IMG/VR virus record: IMGVR_UViG_3300032236_001850
Coordinates: 370,510 to 434,509 of that record
Direction: 5' to 3' (one strand)
DNA length: 64,000 nt
In this document: in pieces, positions 50,582-60,107 of the stretch
Layout of the letters: each line of letters starts with the position of its first letter
Numbering within the stretch: the stretch's first letter is position 1
Translations under genes and position numbers: made by a program
Notes under the pieces: generated by a model
Seen by the model: the letters and a program-made list of their open reading frames with translations, nothing else
Told to the model about the DNA's origin: nothing
Databases searched by the model: none

Positions 50582-51553
50582 TTATTTTAGCTTACCTACT
50601 AATTTCTTTATCTTTTCTGGATCTTCCAATAGTCCTGGATTCTGTGCATCATAATCCATGAATTTCTTGCTTAATTTTGGATTTTCTAGAACCGCAGTTA
50701 TTAGATCCATAGCTTTATTGTCCGGTATATTTACTATGGCTTTAAAGAACGTCTTCATGTCAAGGTCATCAAAAAGGGAAACTATTCTTTTGCATGCTTC
50801 AATTGATAATTCATCATTAATAGATGTTCCATATGTTTTTACGAAAGTTGGGATGTTGACATTCCCTTCCAATATCGATTTTATAGCTGATGGTCCTAAA
50901 TTTATTGCCGATGCATATAAGATGTCCTCAATTATATTTATAACGTCCAATTTTTCTTCTCTTGTATAGAATGGATGATCCTTGGTTATAACGGTAGCAT
51001 GAAATCCTCCGTTATAATCATTAACTGTATCCACATTGGGGTTACCATATATCGTTACATAACCAGGTGCAGGAGCGCTCAATCTTATTGCCATATTATC
51101 AATTAGTTCCTTTGCTGAATCACGTCGAGATGAATATCCTCTGGTTCCTCTATAATGAGGCCATCCGCTAGAAGTGCTCTCAGCTGGTAAGCTTATATCT
51201 GCTTTTCTAAAAGTTCTTTTATTTATAAGATTGCTTATAATATTAACAGTTGATGTTCTTCTTTCTGGTCTTTGTGTAACAAGACCATTTTCATCGTCTC
51301 TATATAAATCAAAATCACTAAATGGAACTAGATCGAATTTCTTTTTTAGCTCAGCAAACTCTGGTATCTGAAGAAGCTCCTCAAACTTAGGAAGATATTT
51401 GGTGATTTCCTTTTTAGGTGGTTTCTTCATACCAGCAAATCCCGACTTCTTAAGAATGTTATTAACCTTCTGTAGCTTTTTAAAATTTTCTATATCTAGT
51501 GGCTTTTCTTCCTCGTTTTCGTTCATGAGGAATTCTTTGAATTTTTTAATCAC
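50582..51553 (-). CDS. Hypothetical protein with CTS-like N-terminus
   Basis: MIKKFKEFLMNE; GATATATA on minus strand at 51572-51579. Confidence 0.65.
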   Translation of the reverse strand: MIKKFKEFLMNENEEEKPLDIENFKKLQKVNNILKKSGFAGMKKPPKKEITKYLPKFEELLQIPEFAELKKKFDLVPFSDFDLYRDDENGLVTQRPERRTSTVNIISNLINKRTFRKADISLPAESTSSGWPHYRGTRGYSSRRDSAKELIDNMAIRLSAPAPGYVTIYGNPNVDTVNDYNGGFHATVITKDHPFYTREEKLDVINIIEDILYASAINLGPSAIKSILEGNVNIPTFVKTYGTSINDELSIEACKRIVSLFDDLDMKTFFKAIVNIPDNKAMDLITAVLENPKLSKKFMDYDAQNPGLLEDPEKIKKLVGKLK

Positions 51554-51596
51554 AGCAATTCTTATTTTATCTATATATCGAAAAAATTGAATATCA

Positions 51597-51629
51597 TTTT
51601 TTTATTTCGAATCTTTTTATTATATTTGC
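51597..51629 (+). promoter_or_regulatory. Bacteroidota-type promoter
   Basis: TTTTTTTATTTCG-N11-TATATTTGC. Confidence 0.7.
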
Positions 51630-52104
51630 ATAAAATAATAAATAATGGGAACATACACAGGAATTCATTTGGGTGTCTTCATAAAGGTGCCAATAAGGGA
51701 AATAGAAATCACAGAAACCAAATTTGTAGATCCCGAGACAGGTAAAACAAAGAAAACCAAATTCTGTCCGGATACTGGTAAAGAATTTAAAACAGAAACT
51801 TTTACTAGAAAAGAGAAAGATTACCCATCTGCTTATATAGAGAAGGAAGGTTATAGAGAGGATGAATTTTGGCAACCTGCATATCATGGAGGTGGAGAGG
51901 AGTTTCAGGTTTTTTTATTGAATTCCAAAAATCCTAAGTATGTTATAGATGCTGATGTTGATGATCTTGATTGTATAAACTTCATCGGTAGAAACAATAA
52001 CTATGAATCGATAGTTGAGGAATTCACTAAGGAATACGAAAAATATATTAACTATTATAAGGAGCAGTATGGAGAAATCCAAATCTGCTACGGTCTAACA
52101 ATTT

Positions 52105-52572
52105 ATGCACACTAAAATGAAAAAAATTAGAAATGCTGTTTTCGAAACTAACAGCTCAAGTTCACACAGTATCTCAGTTTCGGATGTAAATTCTGACGAA
52201 TTGATGGATAACGTCATGGTCATGGATGAAAATGATAATGTCGTAGTGGAACCCGGAGAATTTGGATGGGAGGAAGAAGTTTATAATGATTCTGTGACGA
52301 AGGCAAGTTATATGCTTACTTATATTAAGAATTACTGTGGTGACAGGGAATCAGAATTCGAGGAGATGCTTAAGGATGTAATCAAGGAGCAAACAGGATG
52401 CAACGATGTTATCTTTAATGAATCTGGTGACAAATACTATAATTATGGTTATATCGATCATCAGTCATCATCAAACGATCAGCTTCACTGGGTTTTTGAG
52501 AATAAAGAAACACTTAGACAGTTTATTTTCAACAGAGAATCAATACTAGAGACAGACAATGACAACCATTAA
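52105..52572 (+). CDS. FETNSSSxHS-motif protein
   Basis: IRNAVFETNSSSSHS at N-terminus, YIDHQS, ends DNDN. Confidence 0.65.
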   Translation: MHTKMKKIRNAVFETNSSSSHSISVSDVNSDELMDNVMVMDENDNVVVEPGEFGWEEEVYNDSVTKASYMLTYIKNYCGDRESEFEEMLKDVIKEQTGCNDVIFNESGDKYYNYGYIDHQSSSNDQLHWVFENKETLRQFIFNRESILETDNDNH

Positions 52573-53437
52573 TACATACCAAAATGGTAACACAACCGTT
52601 ACCCTAATGAGCGATGGTACAAAAATAAGGGAGTATGAAGGTACTCCCGTTGTTTATCATCCAGAAAGCATAGATGTGAAGATCACGGACTATTGTGACA
52701 TGGGATGTGCTTATTGTCACGAGAGCTCCACCAAAGCTGGGGTTCATGGTGATCTTGGCGTGCTTCTTGAAACCCTGAAGGATCTTCCTGCCGGTGTGGA
52801 GTTAGCTATAGGTGGGGGTAATCCTCTAGCTCATCCGGATCTTATCCCTTTCCTTCAAACCCTGAAGGCAAGAGGTATCGTTGCAAATCTAACCATAAAT
52901 CAAGGACATCTTAAAACATTCCAAGATCTTATTGTTTATTTAATCAAGGACAATCTAGTAAAGGGTGTTGGTATTTCTATAACCAGCAACAACTTCACTT
53001 ATGTTAAACCTCTATTGGAAATAAGTGATAATATAGTTTACCATATTATTGCTGGTGTAAACAAGGTGGACGACATGGAAAAACTAATCTCACTTGGGAA
53101 ATGTAAAGTGCTTGTACTTGGATATAAGCATTTTGGATTTGGCGTTAACTTCCATAGCGAAGCGGTGGAGAAAGAAATTAGAAGATGGTATATTCATTTA
53201 CCAAAATATCTTGGTAAGTGCGTGGTTTCTTTTGATAATCTAGCAATCGAACAACTTAATGTTAAGAGACTATTCACTAATCGAGGATGGGAGAAATTCT
53301 ACATGGGTGATGACTTCTGTTTCACTATGTATATTGACGCTGTTAAGCAAAATTATGCTCCGACCAGTAGAAGTAGTGACCGAAGATCTTTTGCTCAGTA
53401 TACGCTGCTAGAATACTTTAATACGGAAAGAAAATAG
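52559..53437 (+). CDS. Radical SAM protein
   Basis: CDMGCAYCHE (CxxxCxxC), GGGNP. Confidence 0.9.
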   Translation: MTTINTYQNGNTTVTLMSDGTKIREYEGTPVVYHPESIDVKITDYCDMGCAYCHESSTKAGVHGDLGVLLETLKDLPAGVELAIGGGNPLAHPDLIPFLQTLKARGIVANLTINQGHLKTFQDLIVYLIKDNLVKGVGISITSNNFTYVKPLLEISDNIVYHIIAGVNKVDDMEKLISLGKCKVLVLGYKHFGFGVNFHSEAVEKEIRRWYIHLPKYLGKCVVSFDNLAIEQLNVKRLFTNRGWEKFYMGDDFCFTMYIDAVKQNYAPTSRSSDRRSFAQYTLLEYFNTERK

Positions 53438-53439
53438 CT

Positions 53440-55272
53440 ATGGCAGTAATAGGAATACATTACGATGGCGGCAATTACTACGATGATGATGACCAATTAG
53501 TTGAATTTCCAATTGGGTATCAAAATGTTTATCTTCATACAGGCAAGGGTGAATTTATATTCGACTCTGGAGATTTTGTGAAGGATTGGTTTAACGCTAA
53601 GAAGAAATATGTTGAGGTTATGGACGAGGAACCATGGCTTTCTGGATCTTCAAGTTGCGATCATTTCATAACAGATGGAGCAAAATTCGACAGCGCGTAT
53701 TTACATACAGACGAGGAGGGAAATCCTGAACTTAGATACATTGATTATTCAGATGAAAACTATCTATATAATCAGAGAGATGTATACGAGAAGGGATGGG
53801 AGATGTTTGTGAATCCTGGAGAAACACCGACGTGGAAGGAATTAAGTGAATATTGTAAAAAAGAATAATATGAAATTACAAGATGTAATAAATGGACTTA
53901 ATGATGGATCGATAACAATAATGGGAACTCATTATACAAATCCACTTGTTGATAAATTGGAGTATGAGATTAATCATCTCCAGGATATGATTAAGGAGTA
54001 TACACAAAAAATAAAGGATAAAGAACCAGAAATTAGAGAGAATCAACATCAGGGAATGCTGGATTGGTACATCAGGGATCTTAATATGGATCTGGAATTT
54101 GGTGATGATCTAATGAGAGCCGAAAATTATTGTTTTGATTGTGACGAACATCTTCGTGTTGTTCTTATTGACGAGAAAACAATTGCATATTCAGATCAAC
54201 ATCATTTCTATTCAATAGTATCCGAAAAGAGAGGTGAGGGCAGGAAATTTTTGGTTTCTGACGTGAAGTCTTGTTCCTGTGGTGATCTTAGAGAAAAATC
54301 CAAAATGGTTTCCAGAATAGAGGTTCCAACCGGTGAATTAGTTTTTTCTAACTTCTTCAGAACCAAAGAATTATACTGTGATCCTGACAACGAATGGGGT
54401 AAACCTGGCATAAATTCTCTTTTGGGTAGAGATGCACTTATGCAGAATTTAGCAACCCGAAATGTTGGGTATGGTCAGATGGGAAATATGAGTGCTGGTA
54501 TTTGTAGTAATGGGAGGGATGAGATCTACGTTTGTGACACTTATCCAGTAGCTCTTGATAATGCTAGATACTATGAGGATCATCCAGAAAGGCTCGAGGA
54601 GATGTCGGAGAAGGAGAAAAGGATGCTTTATAAGGATGTTGAGGACTCTAAAAATCTGGAGAAAAAATTTGAAACCGAAGGATTTACAAATCATGGTAAT
54701 GTTTCAATGAGTGTTTGGAGATGGCAATGTGCGGATAAATCTGTACTTGATGCTCATGGAGAAGATCTGGAAGCACTCAAGAAGGATTATGTTGATGTTA
54801 TTACAGTGAAAGTTGAACCTGGAACTTGGGAAATAGAACACTACTACGACTTCCCTTGCAATGGTGATGTCATATATTCTAAATTAACAAAAGTAAAATA
54901 ATGGAATATTCTAAGTTTGAGGAGATAATCAAAAGAATGAAAAGCCACGGCGAAAGAAACAGCAAGGCTTATGAACTTAATATAGACCTTATTAATTTCT
55001 GTGACGATCTGGAAACCATAGTCAGCCTACTTATTCGCGAAGTCTATGGTGAAGAGGGTGCTGGTTGGTTTGATTGGTTCTGCTTTGATGCGGATTTCGG
55101 TGAGAAGGACTGGAGCAAATCTGCAACATACGAAAACGTTAATGGGATTATGAGAAAGATTAAGGAGGAGGGAGATCCAAAATGGGGAGCTAGCGACGAA
55201 AACGGCAATCCCATTTGTTACTCTGTTAGATCAACGTGGGAATATTTAGAAGCTAACTATAATAAGAAATAA
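53440..55272 (+). CDS. Three hypothetical proteins (53440, 53846, 54901)
   Basis: ORF track. Confidence 0.5.
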
Positions 55273-55273
55273 A

Positions 55274-56092
55274 ATGCCAGAATTACCAGAAGTAGCAAGA
55301 ACCGTACATTCTTTAAGTCAAATAATAAAAGGTGGTACTTTAGAGGAGGTCATTATCCATTCCGGCCGATATGCAAAGCACGGTGATCCTGCTGGATTGG
55401 AGAATTTTAGAAATGATCTCCCAGCAAAAATAGACGATATTAATTTCCAGGGCAAACTCATAATATTTGAATTTACTGGGAGTAGCGGAAAGAAGTGGTG
55501 GGCTTGGAACACATTAGGTATGTCCGGTGGCTGGAGAAATGATTGGTCTAAACATGGACATGTAGAATTTAGATGTAAGTTTCTATCTGTTTTCTTCACA
55601 GATATACGAAATTTTGGTACACTCAAATTTACTGATAGCCTGGATGAAACGAATAAAAAGAAAAGAACAATTGGACCGAATCATTTAAGTGACGAGATTT
55701 CTAATGAACTTTTTAAACAAAGGCTGATGAAATATCCAAATAAAACACTGCCAGAGGTTCTAATGAATCAGTCGCTGATAGGCGGAATCGGAAACTATAT
55801 AAAGGCTGAGGTTCTTTATAGAGCTGGTGTATCACCACATAGACTTGTTGGCTCTCTTAACGATGAGGAATTTTCAGCTCTGAATCGAGAAACAAGGGAC
55901 GTTGTCAGGAGTTCTTATGCCAGAAGAGGTGCAACAATTAGCACATATCGAGACATTGAAGGGAATGGTGGTGAGTTTGTTTTTTACTTCAAAGTTTATG
56001 GTAGACCGATATGTGAAAATGGATACCAAGTAGTTAGAGAAATAACTAAGGATAAAAGAATGACCCACTGGGTACCACAAATACAAAGATAA
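55274..56092 (+). CDS. mutM: Fpg/Nei DNA glycosylase with zinc-less finger
   Basis: MPELPEV, LGMSG, DIRNFG, GIGNYI; lacks the four Zn-finger Cys. Confidence 0.85.
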   Translation: MPELPEVARTVHSLSQIIKGGTLEEVIIHSGRYAKHGDPAGLENFRNDLPAKIDDINFQGKLIIFEFTGSSGKKWWAWNTLGMSGGWRNDWSKHGHVEFRCKFLSVFFTDIRNFGTLKFTDSLDETNKKKRTIGPNHLSDEISNELFKQRLMKYPNKTLPEVLMNQSLIGGIGNYIKAEVLYRAGVSPHRLVGSLNDEEFSALNRETRDVVRSSYARRGATISTYRDIEGNGGEFVFYFKVYGRPICENGYQVVREITKDKRMTHWVPQIQR

Positions 56093-56278
56093 TGCCATAC
56101 CCAAAGTACAAAAAAGGAGAGAAGGTAGAAATCATTGGTAACACCATTGGTTTTATAAAAGATGGAAAAATTGGACCTTTTTATGGAACAATTAGAGAAA
56201 TTGACGGTAAAGATATTTATATAAAACCTAGATATCAAAGATGGACAGGCCACTGGTATATGTGGGAGATTAAAAAGA

Positions 56279-57301
56279 TTGAAGATGTCAAAGCGAGCAA
56301 GATCTGAGGAAATAAGACAAACACTTAAGAAAATTAAAACCTATAGTATGAATGAGTATCACCCAAATCACCCGAGATCCATATCTGAATTATTGGAGGA
56401 GGAAGAAGAAACTAAAAGAAAAAATGATTTCACACAGTGGAACATAGTCGGAGATGGTAGTTATATAGCTGCACCTAAAACACAGAAGATTTTATTTCCA
56501 GGTCTTTATGAACCACACTATAACAATAGAGCTAGTGAATGGGGATTGATGAAACAGGATGTTAATACTGATGAGCTTTATGAGCTACCAACAAAGGAGA
56601 TTGAGGTTATCCTAACAGATCTTAAAAGCTTCTGGGATAAGAAGGATGAATATGCAAAGTATAAACTTATGCACAAAAGGGGTATACTTCTTTACGGAGA
56701 TCCCGGATGTGGTAAATCTGGTATACTTCAGCTTTGTATGAAACACATCATCAAGGATCTTGGTGGAATAGTGATTAATGTTAAAGATGAAGATACTGTT
56801 AGAGGTTACTTGGAAGTTATTGGTAAACTAAGACAAATCGAACCAGATAGACCAATCATAGTTATCATAGAGGATATTGACGGTATAGCAGCGGAAGGAA
56901 GCTATGTTACATCTCAACTTCTTAACATGTTGGATGGTATTAAGCAAATTGAGAATGTTGTTTATATAGCAACAACAAATTACCCTGAGAAGTTAGCGGA
57001 AAGGATCACAAACCGTCCGTCTCGCTTCGATAGAAGGTATTATATAGCTCCTCCGTCTCCAGAAGTAAGAATGTCTTATTTGAAAAATAAACTCGGTAGT
57101 GAAGCCGAAATCGACTTTAATATGTGGGTTAAAGATACTGAGGGCATGTCAATCTCTCACCTTAAGGAGCTATTCATATCTGTTTTCCTATTGGATAATA
57201 AATATGAGGAAGCTCTTAAGCATCTGAAGGAACTTAAGAAAACACCGAGAGGGAAGGGACAAAAAGGAGTTGGGTTCAGTACATCTAAAGACAACGATTA
57301 G
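56279..57301 (+). CDS. AAA+ ATPase
   Basis: GDPGCGKS, IEDID, LLNMLDG, TTN, RPSRFDR. Confidence 0.9.
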   Translation: MKMSKRARSEEIRQTLKKIKTYSMNEYHPNHPRSISELLEEEEETKRKNDFTQWNIVGDGSYIAAPKTQKILFPGLYEPHYNNRASEWGLMKQDVNTDELYELPTKEIEVILTDLKSFWDKKDEYAKYKLMHKRGILLYGDPGCGKSGILQLCMKHIIKDLGGIVINVKDEDTVRGYLEVIGKLRQIEPDRPIIVIIEDIDGIAAEGSYVTSQLLNMLDGIKQIENVVYIATTNYPEKLAERITNRPSRFDRRYYIAPPSPEVRMSYLKNKLGSEAEIDFNMWVKDTEGMSISHLKELFISVFLLDNKYEEALKHLKELKKTPRGKGQKGVGFSTSKDND

Positions 57302-57644
57302 TCATGAAAAAATACGATAACTCAGTTCTTATTAAATTAAGAAGAACTTACTCTGAAAACGAAGCAGTTATGTGGGCTTTGAATAAGCTTAAAGAGATGT
57401 ATGTTGAGAGAGGGCAGAATAATGCTTATATCCATGAGCTTGAAGACAAAGTTAGAAAATTAGAAAAAGAACTTCTCAAAAGAGAAAAGCAAGTTCCATT
57501 AACAGATGAGCAAAGAAGCGAATATGATCAATATATGAGCATGAAATCAGAGATGGAAAGCAAAACTCAGATGAAGAAAGAAATAGAAAGATTAACAAAG
57601 GACAACAAGGATCTTGTTGGACGTATAGCTAGAATGCAGCAATA

Positions 57645-58211
57645 ATGAAGGTGGTATTTTTGGACAACGATGGCGTGATTTGTCTTTCCAATAATTGGGG
57701 AGGTAGAACAAGAAAATATGAGGAGTATAGAAAATTGCATCCTGATGCAGTATCATACAAAGAGGTTGACGTTTTTCATAGATTTGATAATTTCGACAGA
57801 AAGGCTATTAGAGTTCTTAATTCCATCTTGGAAGAAACCGGTGCCGAAATAGTTGTAAGTTCAGATTGGAAGAAGCATGCAACATTGGAGGAGCTTGGTG
57901 ATTATTACGAATCTCAGGGAATCATTAAAAGACCTATAGCTGTTACTAGAAGTTTCATTGGATGTGATAGACCTGCGGATTTCAATTGGAACAGATCTCT
58001 TCATTATGAACAGGAAAGATCTTTCGAGATTAATCAGTACGTAAAGGATAATCCACAGATAACCCACTGGGTAGCGGTGGATGATCTCGATATGTCAATG
58101 CGAAAGGACTGGGGAGTTGAAAATTTTGTCCTCACCCCTAAGATGAGCGAGGGTATAAAACAATCAGGTATAAAAGAAAAAATTATGACTTTTTTGTCCG
58201 ATAATATATAG
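57645..58211 (+). CDS. HAD-family phosphatase (Swiss-Army-knife RNA-repair type)
   Basis: FLDNDGV, VSSDW, AVDD. Confidence 0.8.
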   Translation: MKVVFLDNDGVICLSNNWGGRTRKYEEYRKLHPDAVSYKEVDVFHRFDNFDRKAIRVLNSILEETGAEIVVSSDWKKHATLEELGDYYESQGIIKRPIAVTRSFIGCDRPADFNWNRSLHYEQERSFEINQYVKDNPQITHWVAVDDLDMSMRKDWGVENFVLTPKMSEGIKQSGIKEKIMTFLSDNI

Positions 58212-58214
58212 AGG

Positions 58215-58727
58215 ATGGAAAAATGTATATTCTTTTTGCTTTTACCAATATTGATATTTAGCCAGGATTGTAATCCTGCAAAAAGGAACGTGATAATTGG
58301 AGATTCTTGCACCCCTCTAATTGCTAAGCACACAGAAAATGCTAAGCTTTCAATCTGGAAATCTGGTATTGGAGTTAATTGGTTGATTCATTCACTTGAT
58401 GTTAGAAAGGCTGATGAGAAGGTTTCTAATGTAATAATAAATATTGGAACTAACGATGCTTTCAATCCACTTGCTAATATACGCAGACTTTTCTATAGTC
58501 TAAGAAGGGCTTATCCGTGTGCCAATTTTATTGCAGTCCAAGGATCTTGGGGATGGGGTAACAATAGAAGAATAAAGGAAAGCAAGGTTAAAGCTTTTTA
58601 TGAAATCTTCAAATCGTATGGTGCTTATATTATAGATCCACCGATTGGATTTGTTAGAAATCCACATTTGGATTTATCAGTCTATACTCTAATCGGAAAA
58701 GAGATAGATAAAAAATTAAAAAATTAA
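58215..58727 (+). CDS. Secreted SGNH/GDSL-like hydrolase
   Basis: IGDS, G, IGTND, NPH; signal peptide IFS|Q. Confidence 0.65.
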   Translation: MEKCIFFLLLPILIFSQDCNPAKRNVIIGDSCTPLIAKHTENAKLSIWKSGIGVNWLIHSLDVRKADEKVSNVIINIGTNDAFNPLANIRRLFYSLRRAYPCANFIAVQGSWGWGNNRRIKESKVKAFYEIFKSYGAYIIDPPIGFVRNPHLDLSVYTLIGKEIDKKLKN

Positions 58728-58732
58728 AAATT

Positions 58733-59017
58733 ATGTCGCAATTGAAAGTGATGGACTTCTATGCAGAATGGTGTGGTCCATGTAAAACATTAGCTCCGAT
58801 CATCAAAGATCTTATGGATGAATACGGGGATGGAGAAAAATCGGGTGTACTCGTTGAAAAAATAAACGTCGATGACCATAGAGAATTGGCTGATAAATAT
58901 TCAATTAGAAGCATACCTACGATTGTCTTCGAGAAAGATGGTGAGGTACTCGAGAGAGTTACTGGATTACAATCAAAGGCCGTTTTAGTAGCCAAGATTG
59001 ATAGTTACACCAATTAA
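58733..59017 (+). CDS. trxA: Thioredoxin
   Basis: WCGPC, SIPT. Confidence 0.95.
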   Translation: MSQLKVMDFYAEWCGPCKTLAPIIKDLMDEYGDGEKSGVLVEKINVDDHRELADKYSIRSIPTIVFEKDGEVLERVTGLQSKAVLVAKIDSYTN

Positions 59018-59031
59018 ACATAACAAAAAAG

Positions 59032-59057
59032 AAAGCCGAGCATCGCTCGGCTTTTTT
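59032..59057. terminator. Bidirectional terminator between convergent operons
   Basis: AAAGCCGAGC-ATC-GCTCGGCTTT flanked by A and T tracts. Confidence 0.85.
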
Positions 59058-59196
59058 ATCTTCCCTGACCTCTATAAGCTTTCTTATAATTCTTAGAATT
59101 CTTATTTTTTGATTCGTTACTCTTAGCGTGACGATCACAAGATTTTCTTGCTTTAGCTACGAATTTGTTTTCTGATGAGGTTTTTGCTTTTGCCAT
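59056..59196 (-). CDS. Small basic protein (46 aa, not in track)
   Basis: MAKAKTSSENKFVAKARKSCDRHAKSNESKNKNSKNYKKAYRGQGR. Confidence 0.65.
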   Translation of the reverse strand: MAKAKTSSENKFVAKARKSCDRHAKSNESKNKNSKNYKKAYRGQGR

Positions 59197-59221
59197 GTTT
59201 TTTATTTTTTTCCTTATATAT

Positions 59222-59674
59222 TTATTTTTTGCTGTAAAAAATGATCATATCTATGACATTTTTAAATAACCATCCCTCAACTTTGGGTAATTTGCAAAGA
59301 AAATCATATTCGTACTTATAGCAAATTAATTCCTCCTCGCTTTCTTTTAGTTTTTCAACTTTTGAATAAAGATAGAGATGATATGATTCATGTACTAAAA
59401 CTGATGCTACATCGTTTACCGAACCTAGGTACATATCTCTAGTGTTAATCACAATTGTCTTAGGTGGTTTAGTTGTTGAAAAATCACCAATCATAAATTC
59501 TATGTTATTGCAATTTTCCATCAGAAGATCGTATTTTGGTCTATCTGTATTTTTTATAAGCTCTATTGCTTCCTCTATTATTGGCTTCCAATTGGAGATG
59601 TCAGATATTTTTATCTGAGAAAAAGAAAAAATTGGAAATAGTAACAAAAAAATTATTGAAGTCCAGATACGCAT
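59222..59674 (-). CDS. Secreted HExxH metallopeptidase-like protein
   Basis: Signal peptide SFS|Q; VLVHESYH..EE. Confidence 0.6.
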   Translation of the reverse strand: MRIWTSIIFLLLFPIFSFSQIKISDISNWKPIIEEAIELIKNTDRPKYDLLMENCNNIEFMIGDFSTTKPPKTIVINTRDMYLGSVNDVASVLVHESYHLYLYSKVEKLKESEEELICYKYEYDFLCKLPKVEGWLFKNVIDMIIFYSKK

Positions 59675-60099
59675 TCCTCTATAGCTTTTTTTATAGCAGT
59701 TGACACGGTCATTTTAGAAAATGGCACTTTACCATCAACCAATTCTATAAATGCTGCTCTGACCTCCGTATCGGATTCACCTATTCCCTCGTAGGTTTTA
59801 CCCTTATAATATAATTTTATACCAACCTGTGTTACCTGGTTTGTTCTTTCTATTCCAACAACTCTTAGGGATTTTTTAGGAACTCCGAAGTAATAAATTT
59901 CCACAGAAATCTTTTCTCCGCTGTCAGATAAGCAAAATTTATTCGAAAGTTGTTCTTCCAATATTTGTTTCACGCCAAATCTTATATCCCTATTGCCAAG
60001 TTCTCTAACCTTAGCTGTGGAATAGATAGTGTCAACTTTAACACAATTCTGTGCTATTCCTAAAAGTGGAAATAGCATAATAAATAATAGTTTTTTCAT
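59653..60099 (-). CDS. Secreted protein, possibly CsgG/TolB-N-like
   Basis: Signal peptide GIA|Q; beta-alpha-beta pattern ending STAIKKA. Confidence 0.4.
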   Translation of the reverse strand: MKKLLFIMLFPLLGIAQNCVKVDTIYSTAKVRELGNRDIRFGVKQILEEQLSNKFCLSDSGEKISVEIYYFGVPKKSLRVVGIERTNQVTQVGIKLYYKGKTYEGIGESDTEVRAAFIELVDGKVPFSKMTVSTAIKKAIEECVSGLQ

Positions 60100-60107
60100 G
60101 TTTGTTT

